Below are positions 35,449-45,258 of a stretch of DNA of 64,000 bases, piece after piece. This stretch comes from Thermoanaerobaculia bacterium (GTDB lineage: Bacteria; Acidobacteriota; Thermoanaerobaculia; UBA5066; Gp7-AA6), in NCBI GenBank assembly GCA_040879385.1, contig JBBDKM010000013.1, forward strand, positions 100,358 to 164,357. The letters are read 5' to 3'. Within the stretch, counting starts at the first letter, position 1; the number at the start of each line of letters is the position of its first letter. Made by a program: the position numbers and the translations under genes. The notes beneath the pieces are model-generated. The model worked only from the letters and a program-made list of their open reading frames with translations. It was not told the origin of the DNA and searched no databases.

Positions 35449-37626
35449 TCAGGGCGCGGTGGAGGAAGCGGACGCGACGTTGCGCGACGCGTCCGTTACG
35501 CGGATCAGCAGGTAACCCCCGCGCGCCTCGGCCGGGAGCCGGAGGACGTAGCTCTCCGTGGGGGAATCCGAGAGGCCGTCGGCGGGCTCGACGCGGGTCC
35601 ACTTCCTGGCGTCCACGCTGTACTCGGCCTCCGTCAGGGGCGATGCCGCGTCCGAAACCTCCAGCTGCAGGACGCCCGCCGATCGGGAGACCTCGCGGAT
35701 CTCCGGCGGCGTGTTGTCGACGCGGACCGGAGCCGACTCGCGCGAGGTCGTCTTGGCCTCGCCGGGATTGCCGTCGACGTCCGTGGCGGAGACCCGGAAG
35801 ACGTAGTCGCCGTCCGGCAGCGAGGTCGCGTCGAAGGAATACGACATGTCCCGCAGGTCCTTCCGGAGCGCGATCCACGTGTCGCGGCCGACCGGCCGAA
35901 ACTCCAGGTCGTACGCGAGCGCGTCGCCGTCGGGATCGCTCGCCTTCCACTGCAGCGTGCGGAAGCCCTTCCGGAAGAGCTTGCGGGGCGAGCCTTCCGA
36001 CTTGGATTCCTCGAGTCCCGTGAAGATCCCTTTCTCGTCCGGGGTGGAAGCTTCGAACACGTTGGAGCCGCCCGACCCCGAACGCGCCAGCACCTCGGCG
36101 GGCTCCAGGGCCTGCAGGCTCTCGACGAGGGGCGCCGCATTCCGGTTCCGGTAGGCGGCCTCCGTGCGGCGCACCTCCCCGCGTGCGGCGTCGGGCCCCA
36201 TGCGCAACCTCCACTGGAGGAAACGTCCTTCGGGCGCCTCGATGCGCAGCCCTTCGCTTCCTTCCTGCCAGCCCGACCAGGGGCTCCACGTCGCGTCGGG
36301 CGTCGCCGACTCGCCCGAGCGGAAGGCGAACCCGATTTTCGCGCCGGCGGCGGCCTCGCCCTCCCAGCGGAAGGCGCCGAAACGGCTCGTCCGGCCCGTG
36401 TCCTTCACCGGTGAAACGTACTCGCCCCCGGCGGCTCCCGCGCGGCGCCGGTAGAGCGCGCTCGAGGCGTTGGTGCCGACGTCGTCTCCCGCCAGGAACG
36501 TGACCTGCTTCTCGTCGAACGTGCGCACCAGCGACGAGGAGTCCGGAGTCACGGCGTACAGCTTGCCCTTGGGCCCCGTCGCGGCGACGACGCCGCTGCC
36601 GTCCGGATCCTCGGCGAGGTCGAAGACCACTTCCTCGGCGCCGGTCCAGACGGCCCGGGGCGGCTCGCCTTCTTCGAAGAGAACGATTTCGGCCGAGTAC
36701 CCGCCGCGCGAGGAGCCGCGCGCCGGCGCCAGGCGCGGCGTCGAGACCGTCACCGTGACCTCGGGCTTGCCGCGCTCCTCCTCCTCGGTCGGTCCGCCGC
36801 CGGCCCGCGTGGCTTTCGCCGCGACCGTCGCGGAGGGAACCAGGATCGGTTCGTTTCCGGAGGAGGACAGGTCGGCGTTGCCCGCCGCCGCCCAGATCCG
36901 TCCCGCGCGGTCCGCGGCGATCGCCGTCACTTCGGGCTTTCCCGAGTCGTACACCGTCCTGACCCGGCCGTCCTTCTCGACGCGCAGGACCAGGCCCGAC
37001 CCGGACGTGCCGGCCCAGACGCGGCCTCTCTTGTCGGCGAAGAGCGTGCGCACATGCGCATCGGGTGTCGCATGGATGCGCTCGCCCGTTCCTGCGGCGC
37101 CGACGCGATGGATCTCGCCCGGAAGGCCGGTGCCCACATAGAGGCCCTTGCCCGCGAAAGACAGGGCCCAGACGTACTCCGCCTTCGTGTCGTAGTAGAG
37201 CGCGGGTTTCCCGTTCTCGATGCGATAGACCTTTCCGCCCGGCGAGGCTCCCGCGTAGAGCGCGCCGTCCGGGCCCATGCGCAGGGCCGTGACTTCCTGC
37301 TCCGCGAGGGTCGCGAAGATCTCGACCTTGCCGCTGGAGGTGACTCGGAAGATCTTTCCCGCGTCGCCCGTGCCGACGTAGACCTCGCCTGAGCGGCCCG
37401 GGGCCGCGGCGAACAGCACCGCTTCGGTCACGCCGTCCACCTTGGAAAGAGATCGGCCGGGAAGGAGCGTCCCGTCGGCCGTCACCGAGATGCCGCGGGA
37501 CTCGCCCGCCGAGAAGTCGGCCGCGGAATCGCAGACCCAGATCTTGACCGCCGCAGCGTCGAGCTCGACGGCCGCAGAGAACAGGGCGACGCCGAGGACC
37601 AGGAGCAGGGTCAACCGGGGCTTCAC
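35449..37626 (-). CDS. secreted beta-propeller repeat protein with C-terminal Ig/Fn3-like domains
   Basis: C-terminal 725 aa of ORF 35449..38673 (GTG 37626, GTGA overlap). Signal VKPRLTLLLVLGVALFSAA. Repeats such as VYVGTGDAGKIFRV, LYAGASPGGKVYRI, LYVGTGLPGEIHRV, VWAGTSGSGLVLRV. Later TLQWKASDPDGDALAYDLEFR...GDYVFRVSATDVDGN. Confidence 0.65.
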   Translation of the reverse strand: MKPRLTLLLVLGVALFSAAVELDAAAVKIWVCDSAADFSAGESRGISVTADGTLLPGRSLSKVDGVTEAVLFAAAPGRSGEVYVGTGDAGKIFRVTSSGKVEIFATLAEQEVTALRMGPDGALYAGASPGGKVYRIENGKPALYYDTKAEYVWALSFAGKGLYVGTGLPGEIHRVGAAGTGERIHATPDAHVRTLFADKRGRVWAGTSGSGLVLRVEKDGRVRTVYDSGKPEVTAIAADRAGRIWAAAGNADLSSSGNEPILVPSATVAAKATRAGGGPTEEEERGKPEVTVTVSTPRLAPARGSSRGGYSAEIVLFEEGEPPRAVWTGAEEVVFDLAEDPDGSGVVAATGPKGKLYAVTPDSSSLVRTFDEKQVTFLAGDDVGTNASSALYRRRAGAAGGEYVSPVKDTGRTSRFGAFRWEGEAAAGAKIGFAFRSGESATPDATWSPWSGWQEGSEGLRIEAPEGRFLQWRLRMGPDAARGEVRRTEAAYRNRNAAPLVESLQALEPAEVLARSGSGGSNVFEASTPDEKGIFTGLEESKSEGSPRKLFRKGFRTLQWKASDPDGDALAYDLEFRPVGRDTWIALRKDLRDMSYSFDATSLPDGDYVFRVSATDVDGNPGEAKTTSRESAPVRVDNTPPEIREVSRSAGVLQLEVSDAASPLTEAEYSVDARKWTRVEPADGLSDSPTESYVLRLPAEARGGYLLIRVTDASRNVASASSTAP

Positions 37627-39476
37627 CAGATCCTCGGGAGCACTTCGAGATTCAGGCGAGCCGAGCCGGACACGGGCACGGGCTGCTCGACTGATTCGGA
37701 TTGCAGGCGCAGGTACGCCAGGTCGGGCGTGCCGTCGCCCGGTCCGCGGTCCCGCAGCAGCGCCGCGCGGGTCGGAGGCAGCGCGGCGAGGGGCGTACCG
37801 TTGACGACCGCGCCCGGCGCCGAGCGGTAGGCCAGAAGGTTCAGCGTGTTGGGCGGGCGGACGCGCGCCAGGAAGTCGAGGACCTGGTCGAGCGAGTGGG
37901 GGTCGGGCGGATAGAGCGCCAGGTCGTACGCCGTCGCGGCGTTCCCGTCGCCGACGAAGAGCGTCAGAGGCCCCGGCGGAGCGTCGGCGGGGACCTTCGC
38001 CGTCATCACGACGCGCCGCGGTCCTCCCCGAAAGTCTTCCAGGTTCACCCAGATCGGAATGGAGTCTCCCGGCCGCACCCGCTCCTTCTGCGCCTCCACG
38101 TGCACGATCCGCGCGCTCTGGAGCCGGTCGGAGTGGTTGATCTCGACCTCGACGCCCTGGATGGACAGATCCCGGAATTCGTTCGCCATCAGGTAATTCG
38201 TGAGGAGCGCCATCGATCCGACCGCTTCCTCGCGCGCCGCCAGGCCCGAGAACACCGAGTCCCACCGGACGGTGCGCTCGGGAGTCTCGATGGCGGATTT
38301 CCACACGATGGTGCGCTCGCCCGCCCGCTTCTCGAGGGTCGTCAGGACGTTGTCGACCGCGACCGCGAGGAGGATCGGCGTCAGCATCGAGTTGTGCGCG
38401 ACCTCGAAGCGGAAGGTCTGGGTTGCGACGTCGTCGGAGGTCATCCGGATCGTGACCGGCACCATGCGCGGCGGCGTCCCGAAGCTGCCGAGGATGCCTG
38501 TGGACCGGTCCTGCGACACGGTGCCGAGCATCGGCCCCGTCGTCGAGAACTTGAAGGAGCGGTAAAGCGAGGGGAGCACCGTCAGCACGTCGGCCTGCGC
38601 CATCGGCATGTCGACGGGGCCCATCGAGAGGAAGGGGTGGCCGAACGCCAGGATCGAGTTGCCGTCGACCCACGTGACCGTGCCCGTCGCCGAGAGGACC
38701 ATGTCGCCCGAGAGCAGCACGGCCGCAACAGCCGAGCCCGGCTCCAGGCGCCCGCCGGGCGCGGCGCCGGCACCCGCACTCGCCGGGCCGCCGCCCGAGG
38801 CTCCCGAGGGCGTTACGAGCCAGCCGGCCGACTCGGCCATCCGCCCGAAGAGCTTGCCCCCCGCCAGAGTCCCCGAGAGCGAAACGGGGAGGGGCAGCGG
38901 CGACAGCCCCGCGCTCGCGGGCTCGGCGCGCAATCCCGCAAGCAGGGTCTCGAAGGCCTTCTCAAAGCGGCCCTGGCCGAAGGCGTCGAGCAGCGTGGCC
39001 GTCCGCGCCGAGGCGCCGCCGAGGGGAACGGGCGGGCCGGCCGGCGCCTTTCGGATGTCGAGCATGCTCTGGATCGGCGTGATGCCGCAGATCGGCTCGC
39101 GGGAGAAGGGCCACCCGTACGCGAGCGCGCCGATGAGCTTTCCGTCGACGTAGATCGGGCTGCCGCTCATGCCCGCGATGATGCCGGTCCGGTCCAGGGC
39201 GGCCCCCTCGATGCGCGCCAGGATCAGGTCCTGCTTGGGCGCGTAGCTCTTGAGGAGGCCGACGATCTCGACCTCAAAACGCTGGACTCCCTTCCCGTCA
39301 CCGAGATCCGAGAGGCCGTAGCCCTTCATTCCGGGCGAGAGCTCGCCTGCGGGGAGGATGTCCGTCGGCGCGCCCGTCGCCGCGGCCGCCGTCAACGCGC
39401 AAATCGTTGCGGCGAAGAACATACGGCGCGCATCTCGCCTCACGATGGCGAAAACGCCTCCAGGCTGTAGCTCCAT
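37623..39476 (-). CDS. peptidase S55 (SpoIVB-like) family protein
   Basis: GIIAGMSGSPIYVDGKLIGALAYGW matches the SpoIVB catalytic-serine region. N-terminal signal. Alternative starts exist down to ATG 39422. Confidence 0.75.
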   Translation of the reverse strand: MELQPGGVFAIVRRDARRMFFAATICALTAAAATGAPTDILPAGELSPGMKGYGLSDLGDGKGVQRFEVEIVGLLKSYAPKQDLILARIEGAALDRTGIIAGMSGSPIYVDGKLIGALAYGWPFSREPICGITPIQSMLDIRKAPAGPPVPLGGASARTATLLDAFGQGRFEKAFETLLAGLRAEPASAGLSPLPLPVSLSGTLAGGKLFGRMAESAGWLVTPSGASGGGPASAGAGAAPGGRLEPGSAVAAVLLSGDMVLSATGTVTWVDGNSILAFGHPFLSMGPVDMPMAQADVLTVLPSLYRSFKFSTTGPMLGTVSQDRSTGILGSFGTPPRMVPVTIRMTSDDVATQTFRFEVAHNSMLTPILLAVAVDNVLTTLEKRAGERTIVWKSAIETPERTVRWDSVFSGLAAREEAVGSMALLTNYLMANEFRDLSIQGVEVEINHSDRLQSARIVHVEAQKERVRPGDSIPIWVNLEDFRGGPRRVVMTAKVPADAPPGPLTLFVGDGNAATAYDLALYPPDPHSLDQVLDFLARVRPPNTLNLLAYRSAPGAVVNGTPLAALPPTRAALLRDRGPGDGTPDLAYLRLQSESVEQPVPVSGSARLNLEVLPRIW

Positions 39477-39519
39477 TCCCTTTGACCCCTTGGTTACCCC
39501 TATGTTACGGTCAAAACCG

Positions 39520-40263
39520 ATGATGGCGACCGCTTTTCAACCTGTCACCTCCGAAAACCTCCCCGGACAGACCTCGATCCTCTCGTTCTTTTGGGAAACC
39601 GGGACCACTGCCAAGGTCGTCCTCGGCGTCCTCCTGCTCTTCTCGTTCGTCTCCTGGGTGATCATTTTCGGAAAGTTCCTCCGCCTGCGCCGCATCTCGC
39701 GCCAGTCCGAAAAGTTCGTGACTTTCTTCCGCAAGTCCAAGAGGTTCTCGGAGGTCAACACCTTCGCCGGGGACCTCGCCGACACCCCCCTGACGACCCT
39801 CTTCAAGGCCGGTTACGCGGAGCTGGACGCCCAGGTCAAGGCCAACCGTGCCGACGACGCGCCGACAACGGGAGGCGGCCAGGGAGGCAAGCTGCTCATC
39901 AAGAACATCTCGGGCATCGAGCGCGCGCTCGAGCGGGCGATCGGCGTCGAGATGTCCCGCCTGACGCGCTCCATGACCTTCCTCGCCACCACCGCGTCGG
40001 CCTGCCCCTTCATCGGCCTCTTCGGGACCGTCTGGGGCATCATGCAGTCCTTCCGCGCGATCGGGTTGACGGGGTCGACCTCGATCGCCGCGGTCGCGCC
40101 CGGCATTTCGGAAGCCCTCGTCAACACCGCGGCGGGCCTCGCGGCCGCGATTCCCGCGATGATCTTCTACAACTACTTCATGGGCAAGATCCGCGAGCAG
40201 CGCGGAGGCATGGAAGACTTCTCCCTGGAGTTCATCAACCTTGCCGAACGGAACTTCACGTAG
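39520..40263 (+). CDS. tolQ: MotA/TolQ/ExbB proton-channel protein
   Basis: Three TM helices. ...ACPFIGLFGTVWGIMQSF...EALVNTAAGLAAAIPA. The start could instead be ATG 39502 or 39523. Confidence 0.9.
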   Translation: MMATAFQPVTSENLPGQTSILSFFWETGTTAKVVLGVLLLFSFVSWVIIFGKFLRLRRISRQSEKFVTFFRKSKRFSEVNTFAGDLADTPLTTLFKAGYAELDAQVKANRADDAPTTGGGQGGKLLIKNISGIERALERAIGVEMSRLTRSMTFLATTASACPFIGLFGTVWGIMQSFRAIGLTGSTSIAAVAPGISEALVNTAAGLAAAIPAMIFYNYFMGKIREQRGGMEDFSLEFINLAERNFT

Positions 40264-40300
40264 GCGAGCGGTGTCTCACACTCGAGACGCTTGAGATCGC

Positions 40301-40729
<429 letters not shown>

Positions 40730-40754
40730 CCGCGCCTGTTTCCCTCCCCGGCTG

Positions 40755-41504
40755 ATGGACGCGGTCGGCACCATCCTTGCGGAACGCCGGGAAGATCGGA
40801 TTCCCTGGGCTCCGGCGACCGCGCTCGCCTTTCTCCTGCACGCGGCCGTCGGCGGGGGCCTGCTCGTCTCGGCCTTCGCGAAGCCCATGCGCTTCGCGGC
40901 CCCGCGCGCCGTCGCGGTCCGCCTGCTGCCGGCGGGCTCGCTGCGGGCCCGGGAGGTTCGCGTCGCTCCGGCGCCTCCCGCACCGGCAGCCGCGGAGAAG
41001 CCGAAGATCGAAAAGCCTGCCGAGGAGGCGCCGCCTCCGTCCAAGAAGGCCGTCCTGCTGCCCTCCAAGGAAGACAAGAAACCAACACCGCCTCCCGTCA
41101 GTCGCCCCGGCCGCGCGTCCACACCCGCCGTCATCCTGCCCTCGGCCGGCGAGGAGTCCGGCGGGTCGACGAGCGGGGCGGCCCCCGGGGCCGGCGGCAG
41201 CGCCGGCATCGGCAGCCTCAAGCTCGATCAGGCCGACTTCAAGTACCCCGTGTACCTGGATCGCATGGTCATGATCATCAGCGTGAACTGGTTCAAGCCG
41301 GCACAGTCCGTGCAGTCGAATCCGGTCGTGCATTTTCAGATCGAGCGCGACGGGACGATCACCGACGCCCGGATCGTGACTTCCAGCGGCCTGGCCTACG
41401 TGGACCGCGCGGCGCTGCGCGCCGTCATGGCGTCCTCGCCCCTTCCCCCGCTGCCCGCGGAGTACGCGGGCCCGCACCTGGGCATCCAGGTCGTCTTCGA
41501 GTGA
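40755..41504 (+). CDS. TonB C-terminal domain protein in the TolA position
   Basis: TM, Pro/Lys/Ala linker, C-terminal TonB_C-like ...VHFQIERDGTITDARIVTSSGLAYVDRAALRAV.... Confidence 0.8.
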   Translation: MDAVGTILAERREDRIPWAPATALAFLLHAAVGGGLLVSAFAKPMRFAAPRAVAVRLLPAGSLRAREVRVAPAPPAPAAAEKPKIEKPAEEAPPPSKKAVLLPSKEDKKPTPPPVSRPGRASTPAVILPSAGEESGGSTSGAAPGAGGSAGIGSLKLDQADFKYPVYLDRMVMIISVNWFKPAQSVQSNPVVHFQIERDGTITDARIVTSSGLAYVDRAALRAVMASSPLPPLPAEYAGPHLGIQVVFE

Positions 41505-42829
41505 CCCTCCGGAGCCACACCATGCGACGACTCTCTTTGCTCCTCGGCGCGCTCCTCGGGCTGACGAGCATCCCTCTGGCCGCCCAGGCGCCGGTCCCGA
41601 CCCCGGCGCCCGCCGACGACATCCAGATCACGATCCGGGGAGGCGGCCAGCGGCGTCTCGCCGTGGCGGTGCCCCCGCTTCTGGCCCCCGGGACCGCGGC
41701 GCTGCAGGCGAAGGTCGCGGACCCGTTCACGGCGACTCTCCGGTCGGACCTCGAGTACGCGGGGGCTTTCGCCGTCGCCGAGCCGGCCCTGTATCCGTCG
41801 GGATACCGGGACCCGACCACGCCGGAGGCGGCGGACCGCTGGCTCGGCACGGGCGCCGAGGTCCTCGTGGACACCCGCGGCGAGGTTGCCGGCGACCGGG
41901 TCTCGGTCGATGCCCGGGTGTGGGACCTGAAGTCCCGCAAGCTCATCCTGGGCCGGCGGTACTCGGGAGGGGCGTCCTACGTCGAGCGGATCGCCCACAC
42001 GCTGGCCAACGACCTCGTCAAGTACTTCACCGGCAGGGTCGGCGCTTTCCTGTCCACGATCCTCTTCGCCGTCGAGCAGGGCGGGACCAAGGAGATCGCC
42101 GCAATGGACTTCGACGGGCGCAACATGCGCACGCTGACCGCCCACAAGTCGATCACGATCCACCCGAGCGGGTCCGCGGGAAAAGTCGCGTACACGTCGT
42201 ACGTCCGCCTTTTCCCCCAGATCTGGACGATGAACCTCGACGGGAGCGACAAGCGCGAGGTGTCGACGGGCGTCGAGCTGAACGCCTCGCCATCCCTTTC
42301 GCCGGACGGGTCGCGGATCGCGTTGGCCGGATCCGCCAAAGGCAACGTCGACATCTACACGATCGGCCTGGCCGGAGGCTCGCTCCTGCGCTTGACGGTG
42401 AGCCGCGCCCTCGAGGCTTCGCCCGCCTGGTCCCCGACCGGCCGGCAGATCCTCTACACGTCCGACCTGACCGGGAACCCGCAGATCTACGTCATGGACG
42501 CCGAAGGCACCGGCTCGCGCCGGGTAACCTTCGCCGGCAACTGGAACGACGAGGGCGCCTGGTCTCCCGACGGGGCGCGCATCGCCTTCGCGTGCCGGAA
42601 CGAAGGGGACTTCAACATCTGCGTGATGGACTTCGGCACCGGACAGACGGTCCAGGTCACCTCGGAGGGGTCCAACGGACACCCCTCCTGGTCGCCGGAC
42701 GGCGAGAAGATCGTCTACTCCTCCCGCCGCGGAGGCTCGACACAGGTCTACACGATGGACGCCGACGGAAAGAACAAGAGGCAGCTCACTCGCGGGGGCA
42801 ACCACACCGCCCCCGCGTGGGTTCCCTGA
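41501..42829 (+). CDS. tolB: Tol-Pal system beta-propeller protein TolB
   Basis: Signal peptide, TolB N-domain, and repeated SPxxSPDG(x)I(A/V)(F/Y) blades. GTGA overlap with the upstream stop. ATG 41522 is also possible. Confidence 0.92.
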   Translation: MTLRSHTMRRLSLLLGALLGLTSIPLAAQAPVPTPAPADDIQITIRGGGQRRLAVAVPPLLAPGTAALQAKVADPFTATLRSDLEYAGAFAVAEPALYPSGYRDPTTPEAADRWLGTGAEVLVDTRGEVAGDRVSVDARVWDLKSRKLILGRRYSGGASYVERIAHTLANDLVKYFTGRVGAFLSTILFAVEQGGTKEIAAMDFDGRNMRTLTAHKSITIHPSGSAGKVAYTSYVRLFPQIWTMNLDGSDKREVSTGVELNASPSLSPDGSRIALAGSAKGNVDIYTIGLAGGSLLRLTVSRALEASPAWSPTGRQILYTSDLTGNPQIYVMDAEGTGSRRVTFAGNWNDEGAWSPDGARIAFACRNEGDFNICVMDFGTGQTVQVTSEGSNGHPSWSPDGEKIVYSSRRGGSTQVYTMDADGKNKRQLTRGGNHTAPAWVP

Positions 42830-42939
42830 AATCTCGTAGCGCTTTAGACTGGGGTTTTTGCAAGCTCTTTGCTATATTGAGTTTCCGGGCGGTGCCATCC
42901 GGTTCAGCGCGCCCCGCTCCGCCGACTAAGGAGTATCGA

Positions 42940-43509
42940 ATGCTTAGAAAATCAACCACCGTCACGATGCTCGCTCTCGCAACCGTCTCTGTCATGGTGC
43001 TCGCCGCCGGCTGCAAGAAGAAGGCTCCGACGACGACCGCGGACGCACGCCCCCCGGTGACCTCCATTCCCCCGGCAGGAGAGACACAGGTTCCGCCGCC
43101 GGGGTCGACCGCCCCCCGCACGGACGTCGAAGCCGAAGTCCTCTCGCAGGACCTCGCGTCTCTCAACAAGAAGGGCTACCTCTCCGACGCGTTCTTCGAC
43201 TACGACCAGTCCGACCTGCGCGAGGACGCGCGCTCCGCGCTGGCAACCGACGCGGAGTGGCTCAAGAAGTACCGCACGGTGCAGGTCCTGATCGAAGGGC
43301 ACTGCGACGAGCGCGGCACGGCGGCCTACAACCTCGCGCTCGGCGACCGCCGCGCCAATGCGGCCCGCGAGTACCTGGCCTCGCTCGGGGTCGACGGGAC
43401 GCGCCTGCGGACCGTCTCGTACGGCAAGGAGCGCCCCTTCTGCACCGAGTCGAGCGAGAGCTGCTGGCAGCAGAATCGGCGCGGCCATCTCGTGATCACG
43501 GCCAAGTAG
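42940..43509 (+). CDS. pal: peptidoglycan-associated lipoprotein (OmpA family)
   Basis: AAGGAG SD, lipobox LAAGC, and an OmpA_C domain (IEGHCDERGTAAYNLALGDRRANAAREYL). Confidence 0.93.
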   Translation: MLRKSTTVTMLALATVSVMVLAAGCKKKAPTTTADARPPVTSIPPAGETQVPPPGSTAPRTDVEAEVLSQDLASLNKKGYLSDAFFDYDQSDLREDARSALATDAEWLKKYRTVQVLIEGHCDERGTAAYNLALGDRRANAAREYLASLGVDGTRLRTVSYGKERPFCTESSESCWQQNRRGHLVITAK

Positions 43510-43510
43510 A

Positions 43511-44341
43511 TTGACCCCTTCGCGGCGCTTCGGCCTCGCGGGCCTCCTCGCGGCGACGCTCCTCGTGGGCGTCGCCTGCGTGTCGGCCGACGACATCGAG
43601 GGCCTTCACCGCCAGATGGGCGACATCCAGAAGCAGATCCAGGCTCTCGAGCGCAAGTCTTCGAGCAAGGAAGAGGTCGAGAAGCTCAACCAGAACGTCG
43701 CGACGCAGACGCAGCAGCTCCTCAAGTCGAACGCCGACACCGCGATCAAGCTGGGCGAGCTGACGACGAAGATGGAGCAGCTCGAGGCCAAGCTCGAGGA
43801 CACGAACCGGCGCCTCTCCCAGCTCTCCCAGCAGATCGCCGAGACGCAGGGAGACCTCGCGCGCCTGCGCAGCGCCCCCGCGGGCGGCGTCCTGCCTCCG
43901 GCCTCGGCGCCCTCCCCCGGCAACGGCGGGACCGCGCGGCCGGCCGCGGGCGGACCCTCCCCAGCCGATCTGTACGACACCGCCTACGGCGACTACACGA
44001 AGGGGCGTTACGCGCTCGCCGTCCAGGGCTTCGAGGACTACCTGGCGAGCTTTCCATCGACCGACCTCTCCGACAACGCGCAGTACTGGATCGGCGAGTC
44101 GCACTTCGCGCAGAAAAAGTACGCGGAGTCGATCGCCGACTTTGAGACGCTCCTCAAGCAGTGGCCCGCCAGCGACAAGGCCGCCGCGGCGCTCCTGAAG
44201 AAGGGCTACGCGATGCTCGAGCTCGGCCGGAAGGCCGAGGGGGTCGTCCAGCTCCAGTACGTCGTCCACGAGTTCCCGACCTCCGAAGAAGCCCGACTCG
44301 CGCGCGCGAGGCTCAAGTCGATCGGGGTCGAAGCGAAATAA
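43511..44341 (+). CDS. cpoB: Tol-Pal system protein CpoB/YbgF
   Basis: TTG start. Coiled-coil N-domain, then TPR region DLYDTAYGDYTKGRYALAVQGFEDYL...AQYWIGES. Confidence 0.88.
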   Translation: MTPSRRFGLAGLLAATLLVGVACVSADDIEGLHRQMGDIQKQIQALERKSSSKEEVEKLNQNVATQTQQLLKSNADTAIKLGELTTKMEQLEAKLEDTNRRLSQLSQQIAETQGDLARLRSAPAGGVLPPASAPSPGNGGTARPAAGGPSPADLYDTAYGDYTKGRYALAVQGFEDYLASFPSTDLSDNAQYWIGESHFAQKKYAESIADFETLLKQWPASDKAAAALLKKGYAMLELGRKAEGVVQLQYVVHEFPTSEEARLARARLKSIGVEAK

Positions 44342-44405
44342 CCGGCTTCAGGATCAGGGCTCACGGCCTCATTCGAGAAACAATACAGGAGTGATCAGCA
44401 GTCCT

Positions 44406-44648
44406 ATGGCCAACATCAAGTCCGCAAAGAAACGCGTTCTCACCTCCACCAAGAAACGGGCCCGGAACAAGGCGCGGGTCTCGCGCCTGCGCAGCGCCGT
44501 CAAGAAGTACGCGCAGGTGGACGCGAAGAGCAAGAAGGACGCCCTGCCGCAGACTCATTCGGAGATCGATCGCGCACGCGCGAAAGGCGTCGTCCACCGC
44601 AACGCCGCGGCGCGTTACAAGTCGAGGCTTGCGAAGAAGACAAGGTAG
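44406..44648 (+). CDS. rpsT: 30S ribosomal protein S20
   Basis: MANIKSAKKRVLTSTKKRARNKA.... 80 aa. Confidence 0.95.
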   Translation: MANIKSAKKRVLTSTKKRARNKARVSRLRSAVKKYAQVDAKSKKDALPQTHSEIDRARAKGVVHRNAAARYKSRLAKKTR

Positions 44649-44681
44649 CGGGAGTCCCCAGAAACGAGCCCGGGACACCTC

Positions 44682-44730
44682 CGGACTCCCGACTCCTCCC
44701 GATTCCCGACTCCCCACTCCTCCGACTTCC
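44682..44730. repeat. array of CGACTCC-like heptamers in a convergent spacer
   Basis: CCGGACTCC CGACTCC tcc CGATTCC CGACTCC CCACTCC tCCGACTTCC. It is preceded by a 9-bp stem, CGGGAGTCC (44649-57) with GGACTCCCG (44683-91). Confidence 0.7.
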
Positions 44731-45258
44731 CTAGAACCCCTCGAGCAGGCTCGTCACCAGGCTCTGCGCGAACCGCCCCGCGACCCGGTCGATGGCCTCG
44801 TTCTCCCGGTCGACGTAGGACGCGGCGCTCGAGGAGAACTGATAGTTGTCGCGGAAGGTGAAGGCCGGGTTTTCCCAGATCGCCTTGCCGTCGGGCAGCG
44901 TCTTCAAAGCCACCCGCGCGGTGACCTGCACCTGGTAGTCCGTCGCCCGTCCCTGGGAGTCGAAGGCGACGGGAAAGAGGTGAAAGCCCGTGACGGCGCC
45001 CGAGAGAACCGCATCGGCGCCTTCGGCCCCGGACTGCACCTGGAAACGCCCGCGCGACGCCAGCTCCCGCGCGATCTCGCCTGAGAATCGCTGCTCGAGC
45101 CCAACCCGGGGTGTGAGGTTCTCGAGCGTCGTGAACTGGACGACCCGTATGGACTCCGGCAGCGACGAGGCCTGTCCGACGAGCGCGTAGCCGCACCCGG
45201 CCGCCTGGATCGCCGACAGCAGGAGCGCCAGGGTTCCCGCCGCCGGCGTTCTCCTCAC
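44731..45258 (-). CDS. lptE: LPS-assembly lipoprotein LptE
   Basis: Lipobox LSAIQAAGC and LptE-like size. 4-nt overlap with leuS, the conserved leuS-lptE arrangement. Confidence 0.75.
   Translation of the reverse strand: MRRTPAAGTLALLLSAIQAAGCGYALVGQASSLPESIRVVQFTTLENLTPRVGLEQRFSGEIARELASRGRFQVQSGAEGADAVLSGAVTGFHLFPVAFDSQGRATDYQVQVTARVALKTLPDGKAIWENPAFTFRDNYQFSSSAASYVDRENEAIDRVAGRFAQSLVTSLLEGF

Noticed and set aside
35449-38673. 1074-aa ORF suggesting a much larger propeller protein
   Set aside because: The upstream 349 aa are an alternate frame of the S55 peptidase gene. A GTG at 37626 with a signal peptide and GTGA coupling gives a coherent 725-aa product.
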